This document shows positions 8,000-16,417 of a stretch of DNA of 32,000 nt, piece after piece. How positions within the stretch are numbered: position 1 is the stretch's first letter; the number at the start of each line of letters is the position of its first letter. The DNA comes from Oryzibacter oryziterrae (GTDB taxonomy: Bacteria > Pseudomonadota > Alphaproteobacteria > Rhizobiales > Pleomorphomonadaceae). Where the stretch lies: positions 29,343-61,342 of the forward strand of contig NZ_JAKJIC010000012.1 in the NCBI RefSeq assembly GCF_021864535.1. Reading direction: 5' to 3'. Under the pieces are notes generated by a model. The model was not told where the DNA came from, ran no database searches, and saw only the letters and a program-made list of their open reading frames with translations. The translations under genes were made by a program, and so were the position numbers.

Positions 8000-10438
8000 A
8001 TGATGAACCTCGCCGAATATCGCAACCGCAATCGACGGCTCGCCGATTTTCTGCCTTGGGCCGCGCTGATCGGCACCGGCATCGTGCTCAACAAGGACGG
8101 CGGCTTCCAACGCACCGCATGCTTCCGTGGTCCCGATCTGGACTCGGCTGTGCCCGCCGAACTGGTCGCCGTTGCTGGCCGTCTCAACAACGCCTTCCGT
8201 CGTCTCGGCAGCGGATGGGCGATCTTCGTCGAGGCGCAACGTCATGCGGCCGGCATCTATCCTGCGAACCGTTTCCCTGATGCTGCCTCAGCCTTGGTCG
8301 ATGCCGAGCGGAAAGCCGACTTCGAAGAAGCGGGTAGCCATTTCGAGTCCAGCTACTTCCTGACCTTCACCTACCTGCCACCGGTCGAGGACGCCGCGCG
8401 CGCCGAGATCTGGCTCTACGAGGGCCGCGAGAAGACCGGCATAGACCCGCGTGAGGTGATGACCGGCTTCGCTGATCGCACCGACCGGCTGTTGCATCTC
8501 ATCGAAGCCTTCATGCCCGAATGCCGCTGGCTCGATAACGGCGAGACACTGACCTATCTGCACGGCTGCGTCTCCACGCACCGGCATCGCGTCCGCGTTC
8601 CCGAAACGCCGATGTATCTCGACGCGCTCTTGGCCGATCAGCCGCTCACCGGCGGGCTGGAACCGCGGCTGGGAGCGCAGCACCTGCGCGTCCTCACCAT
8701 CACAGGCTTTCCGACCGCGACGACGCCGGGCCTGCTCGACGAACTGAACCGGCTGGCGTTCCCGTATCGCTGGTCCACCCGCGCCATCCTGCTCGACAAG
8801 ACCGATGCCACCAGGCTGCTCACCAAAATCCGCCGGCAGTGGTTCGCCAAGCGCAAGTCGATCGCCGCGATCCTGAAGGAGGTGATGACCAACGAGCAAT
8901 CCGTGCTCATGGACACCGACGCCTCGAACAAGGCAGCGGACGCCGACCTCGCGCTTCAGGAATTGGGCGCGGACTATGCCGGCATCGCCTATGTCACCGC
9001 CACCGTGACGGTCTGGGACGCCGATCCGCGCGCCGCCGACGAGAAGCAGCGGCTGGTCGAGAAAGTCATCCAGGGCCGCGATTTCACCGCGATGGTGGAG
9101 ACCATCAACGCCGTGGACGCCTGGCTCGGCAGCCTGCCGGGCCATGTCTACGCCAACGTCCGGCAACCACCGATTTCCACACTCAATCTCGCCCACATGA
9201 TCCCCCTCAGTGCCGTGTGGGCGGGGCCGGAACGGGACGAGCACTTTGGCGCCGCCCCGTTGCTCTTCGGCAAGACCGACGGCTCGACCCCGTTCCGGTT
9301 TTCCCTTCATGTCGGCGATGTCGGGCACACGCTGGTGGTTGGTCCGACCGGTGCCGGCAAGTCGGTGCTGCTGGCACTGATGGCTCTGCAGTTTCGCCGA
9401 TATCCCGGGGCTCAGGTCTTCGCCTTCGATTTCGGCGGCTCGATCCGCGCCGCGGCGCTCGCCATGCGTGGCGATTGGCACGATCTCGGCGGCGGGCTGA
9501 CCGACGGATCGGAAACCTCTGTCAGCCTTCAGCCACTTGCCCGTATCGAGGAAACATCCGAACGGGCATGGGCCGGGGACTGGATCGTCGCCATCCTCAT
9601 CCGCGAAGGCGTTGCTATCACGCCAGAGGTGAAGGAACACATCTGGACAGCGTTGACCTCGTTGGCATCCGCGCCGATCGAGGAACGCACGATCACCGGC
9701 CTCTGCGTCCTGTTGCAGTCGAACGACCTGAAGCAGGCGCTCCGCCCATACTGCATCGGCGGAGCGTGGGGCCGGTTGCTCGACGCCGAGAGCGAGCATC
9801 TCGGCACTGCGACGGTGCAGGCCTTTGAGACCGAGGGGTTGATCGGCACCGAGGTCGCGCCTGCCGCTCTGGCCTATCTCTTTCACCGCATCGAGGATCG
9901 GCTCGACGGATCGCCGACGCTCATCATCGTCGATGAAGGCTGGCTGGCGCTCGACGACGAGGGCTTCGCCGGCCAACTCCGCGAATGGCTGAAGACGCTG
10001 CGCAAGAAGAACGCCAGCGTGATCTTCGCCACGCAGTCGTTGTCCGACATTGACGGCAGCGCCATCGCGCCCGCGATCATCGAAAGCTGTCAGACCCGGC
10101 TGCTGCTCCCGAACGAACGCGCGATCGAGCCGCAGATCACCGCCATCTATCGCCGTTTCGGTCTCAACGACCGCCAGATCGAGATCATCGCGCGGGCCAT
10201 GCCGAAGCGCGACTACTACTGCCAGTCCCGGCGCGGCAATCGGTTGTTCGAGCTGGGCTTGTCGGACGTGGCGCTGGCGCTCTGCGCCGCGTCCTCGAAG
10301 ACCGATCAGGCGGCGATCGCCAAGATCGTCACCGAGCATGGCCGCGATGGCTTCCTCGACGCCTGGCTGCGCCATCGCGGTGCCGGCTGGGCCGCCGACC
10401 TCATTCCCGACCTCACCAATCTGGAGATCCGCCCATGA
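8000..10438 (+). CDS. trbE: Conjugal transfer ATPase TrbE (VirB4 family)
   Basis: 812 aa from the ATG at 8000. Walker A 'VGPTGAGKSV' and Walker B 'TLIIVDEGW' are present, followed by 'VIFATQSLSD'. The track ORF start at 7646 overlaps trbD and is rejected. Confidence 0.93.
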   Translation: MMNLAEYRNRNRRLADFLPWAALIGTGIVLNKDGGFQRTACFRGPDLDSAVPAELVAVAGRLNNAFRRLGSGWAIFVEAQRHAAGIYPANRFPDAASALVDAERKADFEEAGSHFESSYFLTFTYLPPVEDAARAEIWLYEGREKTGIDPREVMTGFADRTDRLLHLIEAFMPECRWLDNGETLTYLHGCVSTHRHRVRVPETPMYLDALLADQPLTGGLEPRLGAQHLRVLTITGFPTATTPGLLDELNRLAFPYRWSTRAILLDKTDATRLLTKIRRQWFAKRKSIAAILKEVMTNEQSVLMDTDASNKAADADLALQELGADYAGIAYVTATVTVWDADPRAADEKQRLVEKVIQGRDFTAMVETINAVDAWLGSLPGHVYANVRQPPISTLNLAHMIPLSAVWAGPERDEHFGAAPLLFGKTDGSTPFRFSLHVGDVGHTLVVGPTGAGKSVLLALMALQFRRYPGAQVFAFDFGGSIRAAALAMRGDWHDLGGGLTDGSETSVSLQPLARIEETSERAWAGDWIVAILIREGVAITPEVKEHIWTALTSLASAPIEERTITGLCVLLQSNDLKQALRPYCIGGAWGRLLDAESEHLGTATVQAFETEGLIGTEVAPAALAYLFHRIEDRLDGSPTLIIVDEGWLALDDEGFAGQLREWLKTLRKKNASVIFATQSLSDIDGSAIAPAIIESCQTRLLLPNERAIEPQITAIYRRFGLNDRQIEIIARAMPKRDYYCQSRRGNRLFELGLSDVALALCAASSKTDQAAIAKIVTEHGRDGFLDAWLRHRGAGWAADLIPDLTNLEIRP

Positions 10439-11193
10439 CCCTGCGCCGTTCGCGCGCGGCGCGCTTCGCCGCCGCCTTGCTGTCCGCCTCCGTCGCTGTC
10501 GCACCGATACTGGCGACGCCCGCGCACGCCATCATCGTCTTCGATCCCTCGAACTATGCGCAGAACGTCCTTCAGGCTGCCCGCGCTCTCCAGCAGATTA
10601 CCAATCAGATCACCTCGCTGCAGAACGAAGCGCAGATGCTGATCAATCAGGCCCGCAATCTGGCGAGCCTGCCGTATTCGTCGCTCCAGCAGCTTCAGCA
10701 ATCCGTGCAACGCACGCAGCAGCTTCTGGGGCAGGCGCAGAACATCGCCTACGACGTTCAGCAGGTCGATCGGACCTTCCAGCAGAAGTACTCGACCGCC
10801 TCGATGTCGGCGTCGGACCAGCAACTCGTCGCCGACGCCCGCTCGCGCTGGCAGAATACGGTCGGCAGCTTGCAGGACGCCATGCGCGTGCAGGCCGGCG
10901 TCGTCGGCAATATCGATACCAACCGCGCGCAGATGTCGACGCTTGTCGGTGCCAGCCAGTCGGCGACCGGCGCGCTCCAGGCAACGCAGGCCGGCAATCA
11001 GCTTCTTGCGCTCCAGGCACAACAGCTCGCGGACCTCACGGCTGTCGTTGCGGCGAACGGCCGGGCGCAGGCGCTCACCGATGCCGAGCGGGCGGCCGCG
11101 GTCGAGCAAGGCCGCGAGCAGCGCCGTCGCTTCCTGACGCCGGGCACGGGCTACCAGCCCGGCTCGGCCAAGATGTTCTACGGCAGCAACTGA
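10435..11193 (+). CDS. trbJ: TrbJ (VirB5-like)
   Basis: ATGA overlap with the trbE stop. A signal peptide ends 'ATPAHA', followed by Gln/Leu-rich helical repeats. The start 'IIVFDPSNYAQNVLQAARALQQI' is typical of TrbJ. Confidence 0.85.
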   Translation: MTLRRSRAARFAAALLSASVAVAPILATPAHAIIVFDPSNYAQNVLQAARALQQITNQITSLQNEAQMLINQARNLASLPYSSLQQLQQSVQRTQQLLGQAQNIAYDVQQVDRTFQQKYSTASMSASDQQLVADARSRWQNTVGSLQDAMRVQAGVVGNIDTNRAQMSTLVGASQSATGALQATQAGNQLLALQAQQLADLTAVVAANGRAQALTDAERAAAVEQGREQRRRFLTPGTGYQPGSAKMFYGSN

Positions 11194-11203
11194 GGTGGTG
11201 GCG

Positions 11204-11473
11204 ATGGACGGCAAGACCTTCGCACGCATCGGCGCCATCGCTTTTGTCGCTGTGGCGATCACTGCCGCGGTGATCGAACTGACCCGCAACGACGCAGCGA
11301 CGGAGATCCGCACTGTCAGCCGTCCTCACGTCGGTGATCCCGGATCGCTGCGAGCCACGCTACGGCATTGCCGGGACCTGGGCGAGGCCGCCAGCCGTGA
11401 CGCGGTCTGCCTCAAGGCATGGGCGGAGAACCGGGACCGGTTCCTCGGCGCTACTTCACCGGAGGCGCATTGA
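11204..11473 (+). CDS. Small membrane protein, TrbK-alt-like (putative entry exclusion)
   Basis: 89 aa from the ATG at 11204 (GAGG lies 8 nt upstream). It has one TM segment ('IGAIAFVAVAITAAVIEL') and sits between trbJ and trbL, as TrbK does. 'CLKAWAENRDRFLG' resembles the TrbK-alt family from memory. Confidence 0.6.
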   Translation: MDGKTFARIGAIAFVAVAITAAVIELTRNDAATEIRTVSRPHVGDPGSLRATLRHCRDLGEAASRDAVCLKAWAENRDRFLGATSPEAH

Positions 11474-11475
11474 CC

Positions 11476-12801
11476 ATGGGCGGCTCCGGCGTCATCGATC
11501 ATTTTTTGGAGGTCTTCACCCGCTACATCGACAGCGGCTTCGGCCTGTTGCAGGGCGAGGTGGCCTTCATCGCCACGACGTTGATCGTCATCGACGTGAC
11601 GCTGGCCGCGCTCTTCTGGTCGTGGGATGCCGACAACGACATCATCGCGCGGCTGATCAAGAAAACCCTGTTCGTCGGTGTCTTCGCCTACATCATCGGC
11701 AATTGGAACAACCTCGCACGCATCGTCTTCGAGAGCTTCGCGGGGCTCGGCCTAAAGGCGTCCGGCACCGGCTTTTCGGTCAGCGATCTCATGCGTCCCG
11801 GCAAGGTGGCGCAGACGGGTCTCGATGCGGGTCGGCCGCTGCTCGATTCCATTTCCGACCTGATGGGTTGGGTGTCGTTCTTCGAGAACTTCATCCAGAT
11901 CGCCTGCCTGCTGTTCGCCTGGGCGCTGATCCTGCTCGCCTTCTTCATCCTCGCTGTCCAGCTCTTCGTCACCCTGATCGAGTTCAAGCTGACGACGCTC
12001 GCCGGTTTCGTGCTGATCCCCTTCGGCCTCTTCGGCAAATCCGCCTTCATGGCCGAACGTGTGCTCGGCAACGTCATCTCGTCGGGCATCAAGGTGATGG
12101 TGCTCGCCGTCATCATCGGCATCGGCTCGACGCTCTTTTCCGAGTTCACCGCCGGCTTCAACGGCGCGACGCCGACCATCGACGACGCCATGGCGATCGT
12201 GCTGGCGGCGTTGTCGCTGCTCGGCCTCGGCATCTTCGGTCCCGGTATCGCCAACGGCCTCGTCTCCGGCGGCCCGCAGCTCGGTGCGGGCGCGGCGATC
12301 GGAACGGGCCTTGCCGCTGGCGGCATGGCGGTGGCGGGTGCGGCGACGGTCGGCGCCGTCGCCTCCGGTGGCGCCGCATTGGCGGGAGGTGCTGCCGCAG
12401 CGGCGCGTGGTGGGGCTGCTCTCGCAGGCGGAGCATCGTCCGCCTACAGCCTCGGCGCGGCCGGACACACTGGCGCGACAGGCGTGGCAGCAGGTCTCGG
12501 TAATGTCGCCGGCACCGGTGCTTCCAAACTCGGCTCGGCCATCGCCAGCCCGTTCCGGCGCGCCGCGGCGTCGATGAAGGACAGCTTCGAGGCGGGTGGC
12601 CGATCGGTCGCCGGCGAAGGCAGCGCCTCCGATACCACTGCATCTCCATCTGCAACCAACGAAGGTCCGCCCGCTTGGGCCAAGCGCATGAACCGCTCGC
12701 AAGCGATGTCGCACGGCGTCCAGGCCGCCGCCCATGCGGTCAGGTCCGGTGACAGCCATGGCGGCGGCTCGTCCGTCCATCTTTCTGAAAGCGACCGCTG
12801 A
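11476..12801 (+). CDS. trbL: TrbL (VirB6-like polytopic membrane protein)
   Basis: The ATG at 11476 lies 2 nt after the trbK stop, with ggagg at 11461. The product has multiple TM segments and a Gly/Ala-rich C-terminal tail, as in TrbL. Confidence 0.88.
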   Translation: MGGSGVIDHFLEVFTRYIDSGFGLLQGEVAFIATTLIVIDVTLAALFWSWDADNDIIARLIKKTLFVGVFAYIIGNWNNLARIVFESFAGLGLKASGTGFSVSDLMRPGKVAQTGLDAGRPLLDSISDLMGWVSFFENFIQIACLLFAWALILLAFFILAVQLFVTLIEFKLTTLAGFVLIPFGLFGKSAFMAERVLGNVISSGIKVMVLAVIIGIGSTLFSEFTAGFNGATPTIDDAMAIVLAALSLLGLGIFGPGIANGLVSGGPQLGAGAAIGTGLAAGGMAVAGAATVGAVASGGAALAGGAAAAARGGAALAGGASSAYSLGAAGHTGATGVAAGLGNVAGTGASKLGSAIASPFRRAAASMKDSFEAGGRSVAGEGSASDTTASPSATNEGPPAWAKRMNRSQAMSHGVQAAAHAVRSGDSHGGGSSVHLSESDR

Positions 12802-13484
12802 TGTTCAAACGACCCTCCACCCACTACGGCAAATCGCCGGAACCCGAGACGCCCTATCAGCGAGCTGCCCAGGTCTGGGACGATCGCATCGGCTCAGCCC
12901 GTGTGCAGGCGAAGAACTGGCGCTTGATGGCCTTCGGGTCACTGGCCTTGTCGGCTGGTCTCTCTGCCGCGTTGGTGTGGCAATCGTTGAGCGGCTCGGT
13001 CGTGCCGTGGGTGGTGCAGGTCGACAAGCTCGGCCAAGCGCAGGCCGTAGCTCCGGCAACCGCCGACTATCGGCCGACCGATCCGCAGATCGCTTTCCAT
13101 CTCGCGCGCTTCATCGAAGAGGTCCGCTCGATCCCAGCCGACGCGATCATCGTCCGCCAGAACTGGCTCCGGGCCTACGACTTCACCACGCAGGCCGGCG
13201 CATTGGCGCTCAACGACTACGCCCGCGCCAACGACCCCTTCACCAAGGTCGGCAAGACGCAGATCGCCGTCGATGTCTCGAGCGTCATCCGCGCATCGCC
13301 CGACAGCTTCCGCGTCGCCTGGGTCCAGCGGACCTATCAGGACGGCTCGCTCGCCTCCACCGAGCGCTGGACCGCCATCCTGACCGTTGTCGTGCAGGTA
13401 CCGCGCGACGCCGAAAAGCTCCGGGCCAACCCGCTCGGAATCTACGTCACCGCCATCAACTGGTCGAAGGAGCTGACCCAATGA
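12801..13484 (+). CDS. trbF: TrbF (VirB8-like)
   Basis: TGATG overlap with trbL. An N-terminal TM segment ('LMAFGSLALSAGLSAALVW') is followed by a periplasmic domain, and 'NPLGIYVTAINWS' is typical of TrbF. Confidence 0.88.
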   Translation: MFKRPSTHYGKSPEPETPYQRAAQVWDDRIGSARVQAKNWRLMAFGSLALSAGLSAALVWQSLSGSVVPWVVQVDKLGQAQAVAPATADYRPTDPQIAFHLARFIEEVRSIPADAIIVRQNWLRAYDFTTQAGALALNDYARANDPFTKVGKTQIAVDVSSVIRASPDSFRVAWVQRTYQDGSLASTERWTAILTVVVQVPRDAEKLRANPLGIYVTAINWSKELTQ

Positions 13485-14524
13485 CGCCGACCTTCCGCAA
13501 AGCCGCCCCCGGACAAGCGGGACGTCCGGCTTTCCGTAAATCCGCCTTGCCGCTTCTCTTGGCTTTCACATCCGTGCTCGCCGGCTGCGCCACGGCGCAG
13601 AAGCCGCCCGAGATCTCCTATGACGATGCGGCGCCGGCCGTCATCGCCTCCGATCCGCCGGCTCCGGTTCGGGTGGTGGAACTGCCGAAGCCGCTGCCGT
13701 TGCCCGGTCAGTTGAAACCGGTCGGCAAAGACGGCAAGGCGACGCCCGAGTTGCCGGACCCCGCCGCGCGGGTGAACGAGGCCAATGCCGCTGCACGGAT
13801 GCAACCGGTCAGGAACGGCTTCATCAACGCCATCCAGGTCTATCCCTTCGTCGATGGTGCGCTCTATCAAGTCTACACCGCTCCGGGGCAGATCACCGAC
13901 ATTGCCTTGCAGCCCGGCGAAACGCTGGTCGGCTCAGGTCCCGTCGCCGCCGGCGACACGGTGCGCTGGATCATCGGCGACACCGAGAGCGGTGTAGGCG
14001 CGACGAAGCAGGTCCACATCCTCGTCAAGCCGACGCGGTCCGAGCTGATGACCAACCTCGTCATCAACACCAATGCGCGCACCTACCATATGGAGCTGCG
14101 CTCGACCGAGAAGACCTATATGGCCTCGGTGTCCTGGCAGTATCCACAGGATCAGCTCATTGCGCTGCGCCGGCAGAACGCCGAGGCGCAAGCCGTCCAG
14201 CCGGTGGCGACCGGCATCGATCTCGCTCGCGTCAACTTCCGTTACGAAGTGACCGGCGACCGCGCACCGTGGCGGCCGCTGCGCGCCTTCGACGACGGCC
14301 GCCAGGTCTTCATCGAGTTCCCGCGCGGCATCGGCCAGGGCGAGATGCCACCGCTCTTCATCGTCGGTCCGGAGGGCGATACCTCGGAACTGGTGAACTA
14401 TCGCGTCCGCGACAACTACATGATCGTCGACCGGCTGTTTGCCGCCGCCGAGCTGCGTTTCGGCGCCGACAAGAACCAGAAGCGCGTTCGCATCTCCCGC
14501 ACCGACGGGAGGCCGGCGTCGTGA
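13481..14524 (+). CDS. trbG: TrbG (VirB9-like), lipoprotein signal
   Basis: ATGA overlap with trbF. A lipobox 'SVLAGC' is present, and 'YQVYTAPGQITDIALQPGE' and 'RWIIGDT' are VirB9/TrbG-like. The upstream part of the track ORF (12734-13480) overlaps trbF and is rejected. Confidence 0.88.
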   Translation: MTPTFRKAAPGQAGRPAFRKSALPLLLAFTSVLAGCATAQKPPEISYDDAAPAVIASDPPAPVRVVELPKPLPLPGQLKPVGKDGKATPELPDPAARVNEANAAARMQPVRNGFINAIQVYPFVDGALYQVYTAPGQITDIALQPGETLVGSGPVAAGDTVRWIIGDTESGVGATKQVHILVKPTRSELMTNLVINTNARTYHMELRSTEKTYMASVSWQYPQDQLIALRRQNAEAQAVQPVATGIDLARVNFRYEVTGDRAPWRPLRAFDDGRQVFIEFPRGIGQGEMPPLFIVGPEGDTSELVNYRVRDNYMIVDRLFAAAELRFGADKNQKRVRISRTDGRPAS

Positions 14525-15744
14525 GCGAGATCGCCCCCGATCGTCAGAAGCCGGGCGCGGACGACGAGGTCCGGCCGTTGACCGGAGAGCCGGTCGCGCC
14601 GATGCGGCTGCGGCCCGAACCGCCGCGCGTGACGCGCCTGTCGCGAAAGGTGCTGATCGTCCTTGGCTTGCTTGCCGGCACCGGTATCGGCGGCACGTTG
14701 ATCTACGCGCTCCAAACCCGGCACGGCGGCAAGACGAACGAGGAGCTGTATTCGACCGACAACCGGACGACGCCCGACGGCCTCGCCGCCCTGCCAAAGG
14801 ACTATGCCGGTGTCCCGAAGCTCGGTCCGCCGCTGCCGGGCGACCTCGGCCGCCCAATCCTCAGCGCCCAGAACGCCGGCCAGCCCGTACCAACACCGGG
14901 GATCGCGACGCCCAATCCGGGGATCAGTCAGGAAGAGCAGCGCCGCATCCAAGAGCTGGAGGCGGCGCGGACGGCCCGTCTCTTTGCTTCGACCGAGACG
15001 CGGCCAGCCAACACGGCTGTCCCGCAGCCGCAAGCGACAGTCTCGCCGCAGACGGACCTTTCCAGTCTCGGGCTTGCGCCACCGCCCGCGACACCATCAG
15101 CGCAGGATCGTCAGGTCGCGTTTCTGAACCAGACACCCGACAAGCGCACCGTCTCGCCGGATCGCGTCGCCGCTCCCACGTCGGCCAATGTGCTTCAGGC
15201 CGGGGCGGTGATCGCGGCGGCGCTCATCACCGGCATCCGCTCCGATCTCCCCGGCCAGATCATCGCGCAGGTGACGGAGAACGTCTATGACAGCCCGACC
15301 GGGCGCATCCTGCTCGTGCCGCAGGGCACGCGGATCGTCGGCCTGTATGACAATGGCGTGGGCTTTGGTCAGCGCCGCATCCTGCTCGTTTGGAACAGGC
15401 TGATCTTCCCCAACGGCCGCTCGATCGTGTTGGAGCGCCAGCCAGGTGCAGACGCCGAGGGCTATGCCGGGCTCGAAGATGGCGTCGACTACCATTGGGG
15501 TGAGCTGTTCAAGGCCGCGGCGCTGTCAACGCTGCTCAGCGTTGGTGCCGAGGCAGGATCATCGAGTCAGGAGAGTGACATCATCCGCGCGCTGCGCAAC
15601 GGCGCATCCGACAGCATCAACCAGACCGGCCAGCAGATCGTGCAGCGCCAGCTCAACATCGCGCCGACACTGACCATCCGACCGGGTTTTCCCGTCCGTG
15701 TGATCGTCACCCGCGATCTCGTGCTTGAGCCCTACGGAGGCTGA
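14521..15744 (+). CDS. trbI: TrbI (VirB10-like)
   Basis: The GTG at 14521 overlaps the trbG stop (GTGA). The product has a TM segment 'VLIVLGLLAGTGIGGTLIYAL', a Pro-rich linker, and a conserved C-terminal domain with 'GAVIAAALITGIRSDLPGQIIAQV' and 'RPGFPVRVIV'. Confidence 0.88.
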   Translation: MSEIAPDRQKPGADDEVRPLTGEPVAPMRLRPEPPRVTRLSRKVLIVLGLLAGTGIGGTLIYALQTRHGGKTNEELYSTDNRTTPDGLAALPKDYAGVPKLGPPLPGDLGRPILSAQNAGQPVPTPGIATPNPGISQEEQRRIQELEAARTARLFASTETRPANTAVPQPQATVSPQTDLSSLGLAPPPATPSAQDRQVAFLNQTPDKRTVSPDRVAAPTSANVLQAGAVIAAALITGIRSDLPGQIIAQVTENVYDSPTGRILLVPQGTRIVGLYDNGVGFGQRRILLVWNRLIFPNGRSIVLERQPGADAEGYAGLEDGVDYHWGELFKAAALSTLLSVGAEAGSSSQESDIIRALRNGASDSINQTGQQIVQRQLNIAPTLTIRPGFPVRVIVTRDLVLEPYGG

Positions 15745-15745
15745 G

Positions 15746-15976
15746 ATGACAAAGCTGAAACTCGGTCCGATCGCCGACGACAAGCCCGTGAAGGTCACGC
15801 TCGAGCTACCCGCGGGCCTTCACCGCGATCTGATCGCCTATGCCGAAATCCTCGCCTGGGAGGCGGGGCAAACCGCTGCCGATCCCGTTCGCCTGATCGT
15901 CCCCATGCTGGAGCGGTTCATGGCAACGGACCGGGGATTTGCAAAGGCGCGGAGGGTAAAGGCAAACGCGCGTTGA
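15746..15976 (+). CDS. DUF2274-like small protein (terminal gene of the trb operon)
   Basis: The ATG at 15746 lies 1 nt after the trbI stop. The 76-aa product begins 'MTKLKLGPIADDKPVKVTLELPAGLHRDLIAYAE'. From memory this matches the small conserved protein that follows trbI in ICE trb operons. Confidence 0.7.
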   Translation: MTKLKLGPIADDKPVKVTLELPAGLHRDLIAYAEILAWEAGQTAADPVRLIVPMLERFMATDRGFAKARRVKANAR

Positions 15977-15997
15977 CAGTGACGGTAGTCAATGATC

Positions 15998-16027
15998 TGC
16001 CAACAGACGCGCCGTTTGCTGGCATTT
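15998..16027 (+). terminator. Candidate intrinsic terminator after the trb operon
   Basis: Stem TGCCAACAGAC / GTTTGCTGGCA (15998-16008 pairs with 16014-16024, with 1 mismatch and 1 G-U). The loop is gcgcc and only a TTT tail follows. It is 22 nt after the DUF2274 stop. This is a weak call. Confidence 0.3.
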
Positions 16028-16189
16028 AGACAGCCTGAGAGGCATCTTTCGTTTCGCATCATTGTGCTGGCAGAAAGGTATTCACGTGGGGTGTTCTCCC
16101 ACAAACGCGAGCCTTTTCAAGGGAAGTGCCATTTTCCTAATGGGTATCTCGTTGTATCATCTGACATGAACAACTGGGAGGATATCCGC

Positions 16190-16417
16190 ATGGAAGGCGA
16201 AGCTGAAGTGGCAGACACGCCGGACGCATTTCTTAAGGCGTTGGCAGAAAGCCTAAAGGGAAAGGAAGGTGTCGATGCCGGAATGGCGGACATCCTTAAG
16301 ACCCACATCTTGAAAGTGGCACCTGCGCAGAACGCCGTCGCTCAGGCCAAGGACGCCATCCTGAAACTCGCAGGCGAACGTGCCAGTCCTCCTAAGCCGG
16401 AGTTGGCCAATGGCTGA
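16190..16417 (+). CDS. Small acidic hypothetical protein, first gene of the uncharacterised cassette
   Basis: 75 aa from the ATG at 16190 (strong gggagga lies 7 nt upstream), or 83 aa from the alternative ATG at 16166. The product looks helical and is Glu/Asp/Lys/Ala-rich. Its stop overlaps the ATPase start by 8 nt (ATGGCTGA). I recognise no family. Confidence 0.5.
   Translation: MEGEAEVADTPDAFLKALAESLKGKEGVDAGMADILKTHILKVAPAQNAVAQAKDAILKLAGERASPPKPELANG

Larger units (their letters stand above)
6368..15976 (+). mobile_element. Conjugative mating-pair-formation (P-type T4SS, trb) module of an ICE or plasmid
   Basis: The gene order is uninterrupted: trbB-C-D-E-J-K(alt)-L-F-G-I plus a DUF2274-like gene, with overlapping stop/start codons. 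No trbH lies between trbG and trbI, and the operon ends in a DUF2274-like gene. From memory this is the ICE-type (Tn4371 / ICEMlSym-like) layout rather than the Ti-plasmid layout. No integrase or att site is in the window, so ICE versus plasmid is unresolved. Confidence 0.85.

Noticed and set aside
8288-10504. A 738-aa minus-strand ORF spanning most of trbE.
   Set aside because: It is antisense to a confidently identified VirB4-family gene. It has an Arg/Gly/Ala/Pro-rich composition with no recognisable motifs. It is a typical shadow ORF in high-GC DNA.
12270-12560. A Gly/Ala-rich repetitive stretch (for example GGAALAGGA occurs twice) that could be taken for a tandem repeat or hidden element.
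   Set aside because: It lies in frame within the trbL C-terminal tail. Such low-complexity Gly/Ala tails are common in TrbL/VirB6-like proteins and this is not an independent feature.
15974-15979. A TTGACA hexamer at the end of the DUF2274 gene, considered as a -35 box for the downstream cassette.
   Set aside because: No acceptable -10 hexamer lies at 16-18 nt spacing, and the element is about 200 nt from the first cassette ORF.
16020-16034. A sigma-54-like TGGCAT-N5-CAGC motif upstream of the unknown cassette. TGCTGGCA also recurs, at 16017-16024 and 16065-16072.
   Set aside because: The -12 element lacks the TTGC consensus. The motif overlaps the candidate terminator stem, and no enhancer-binding protein gene is nearby. 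The evidence is too weak for a call.
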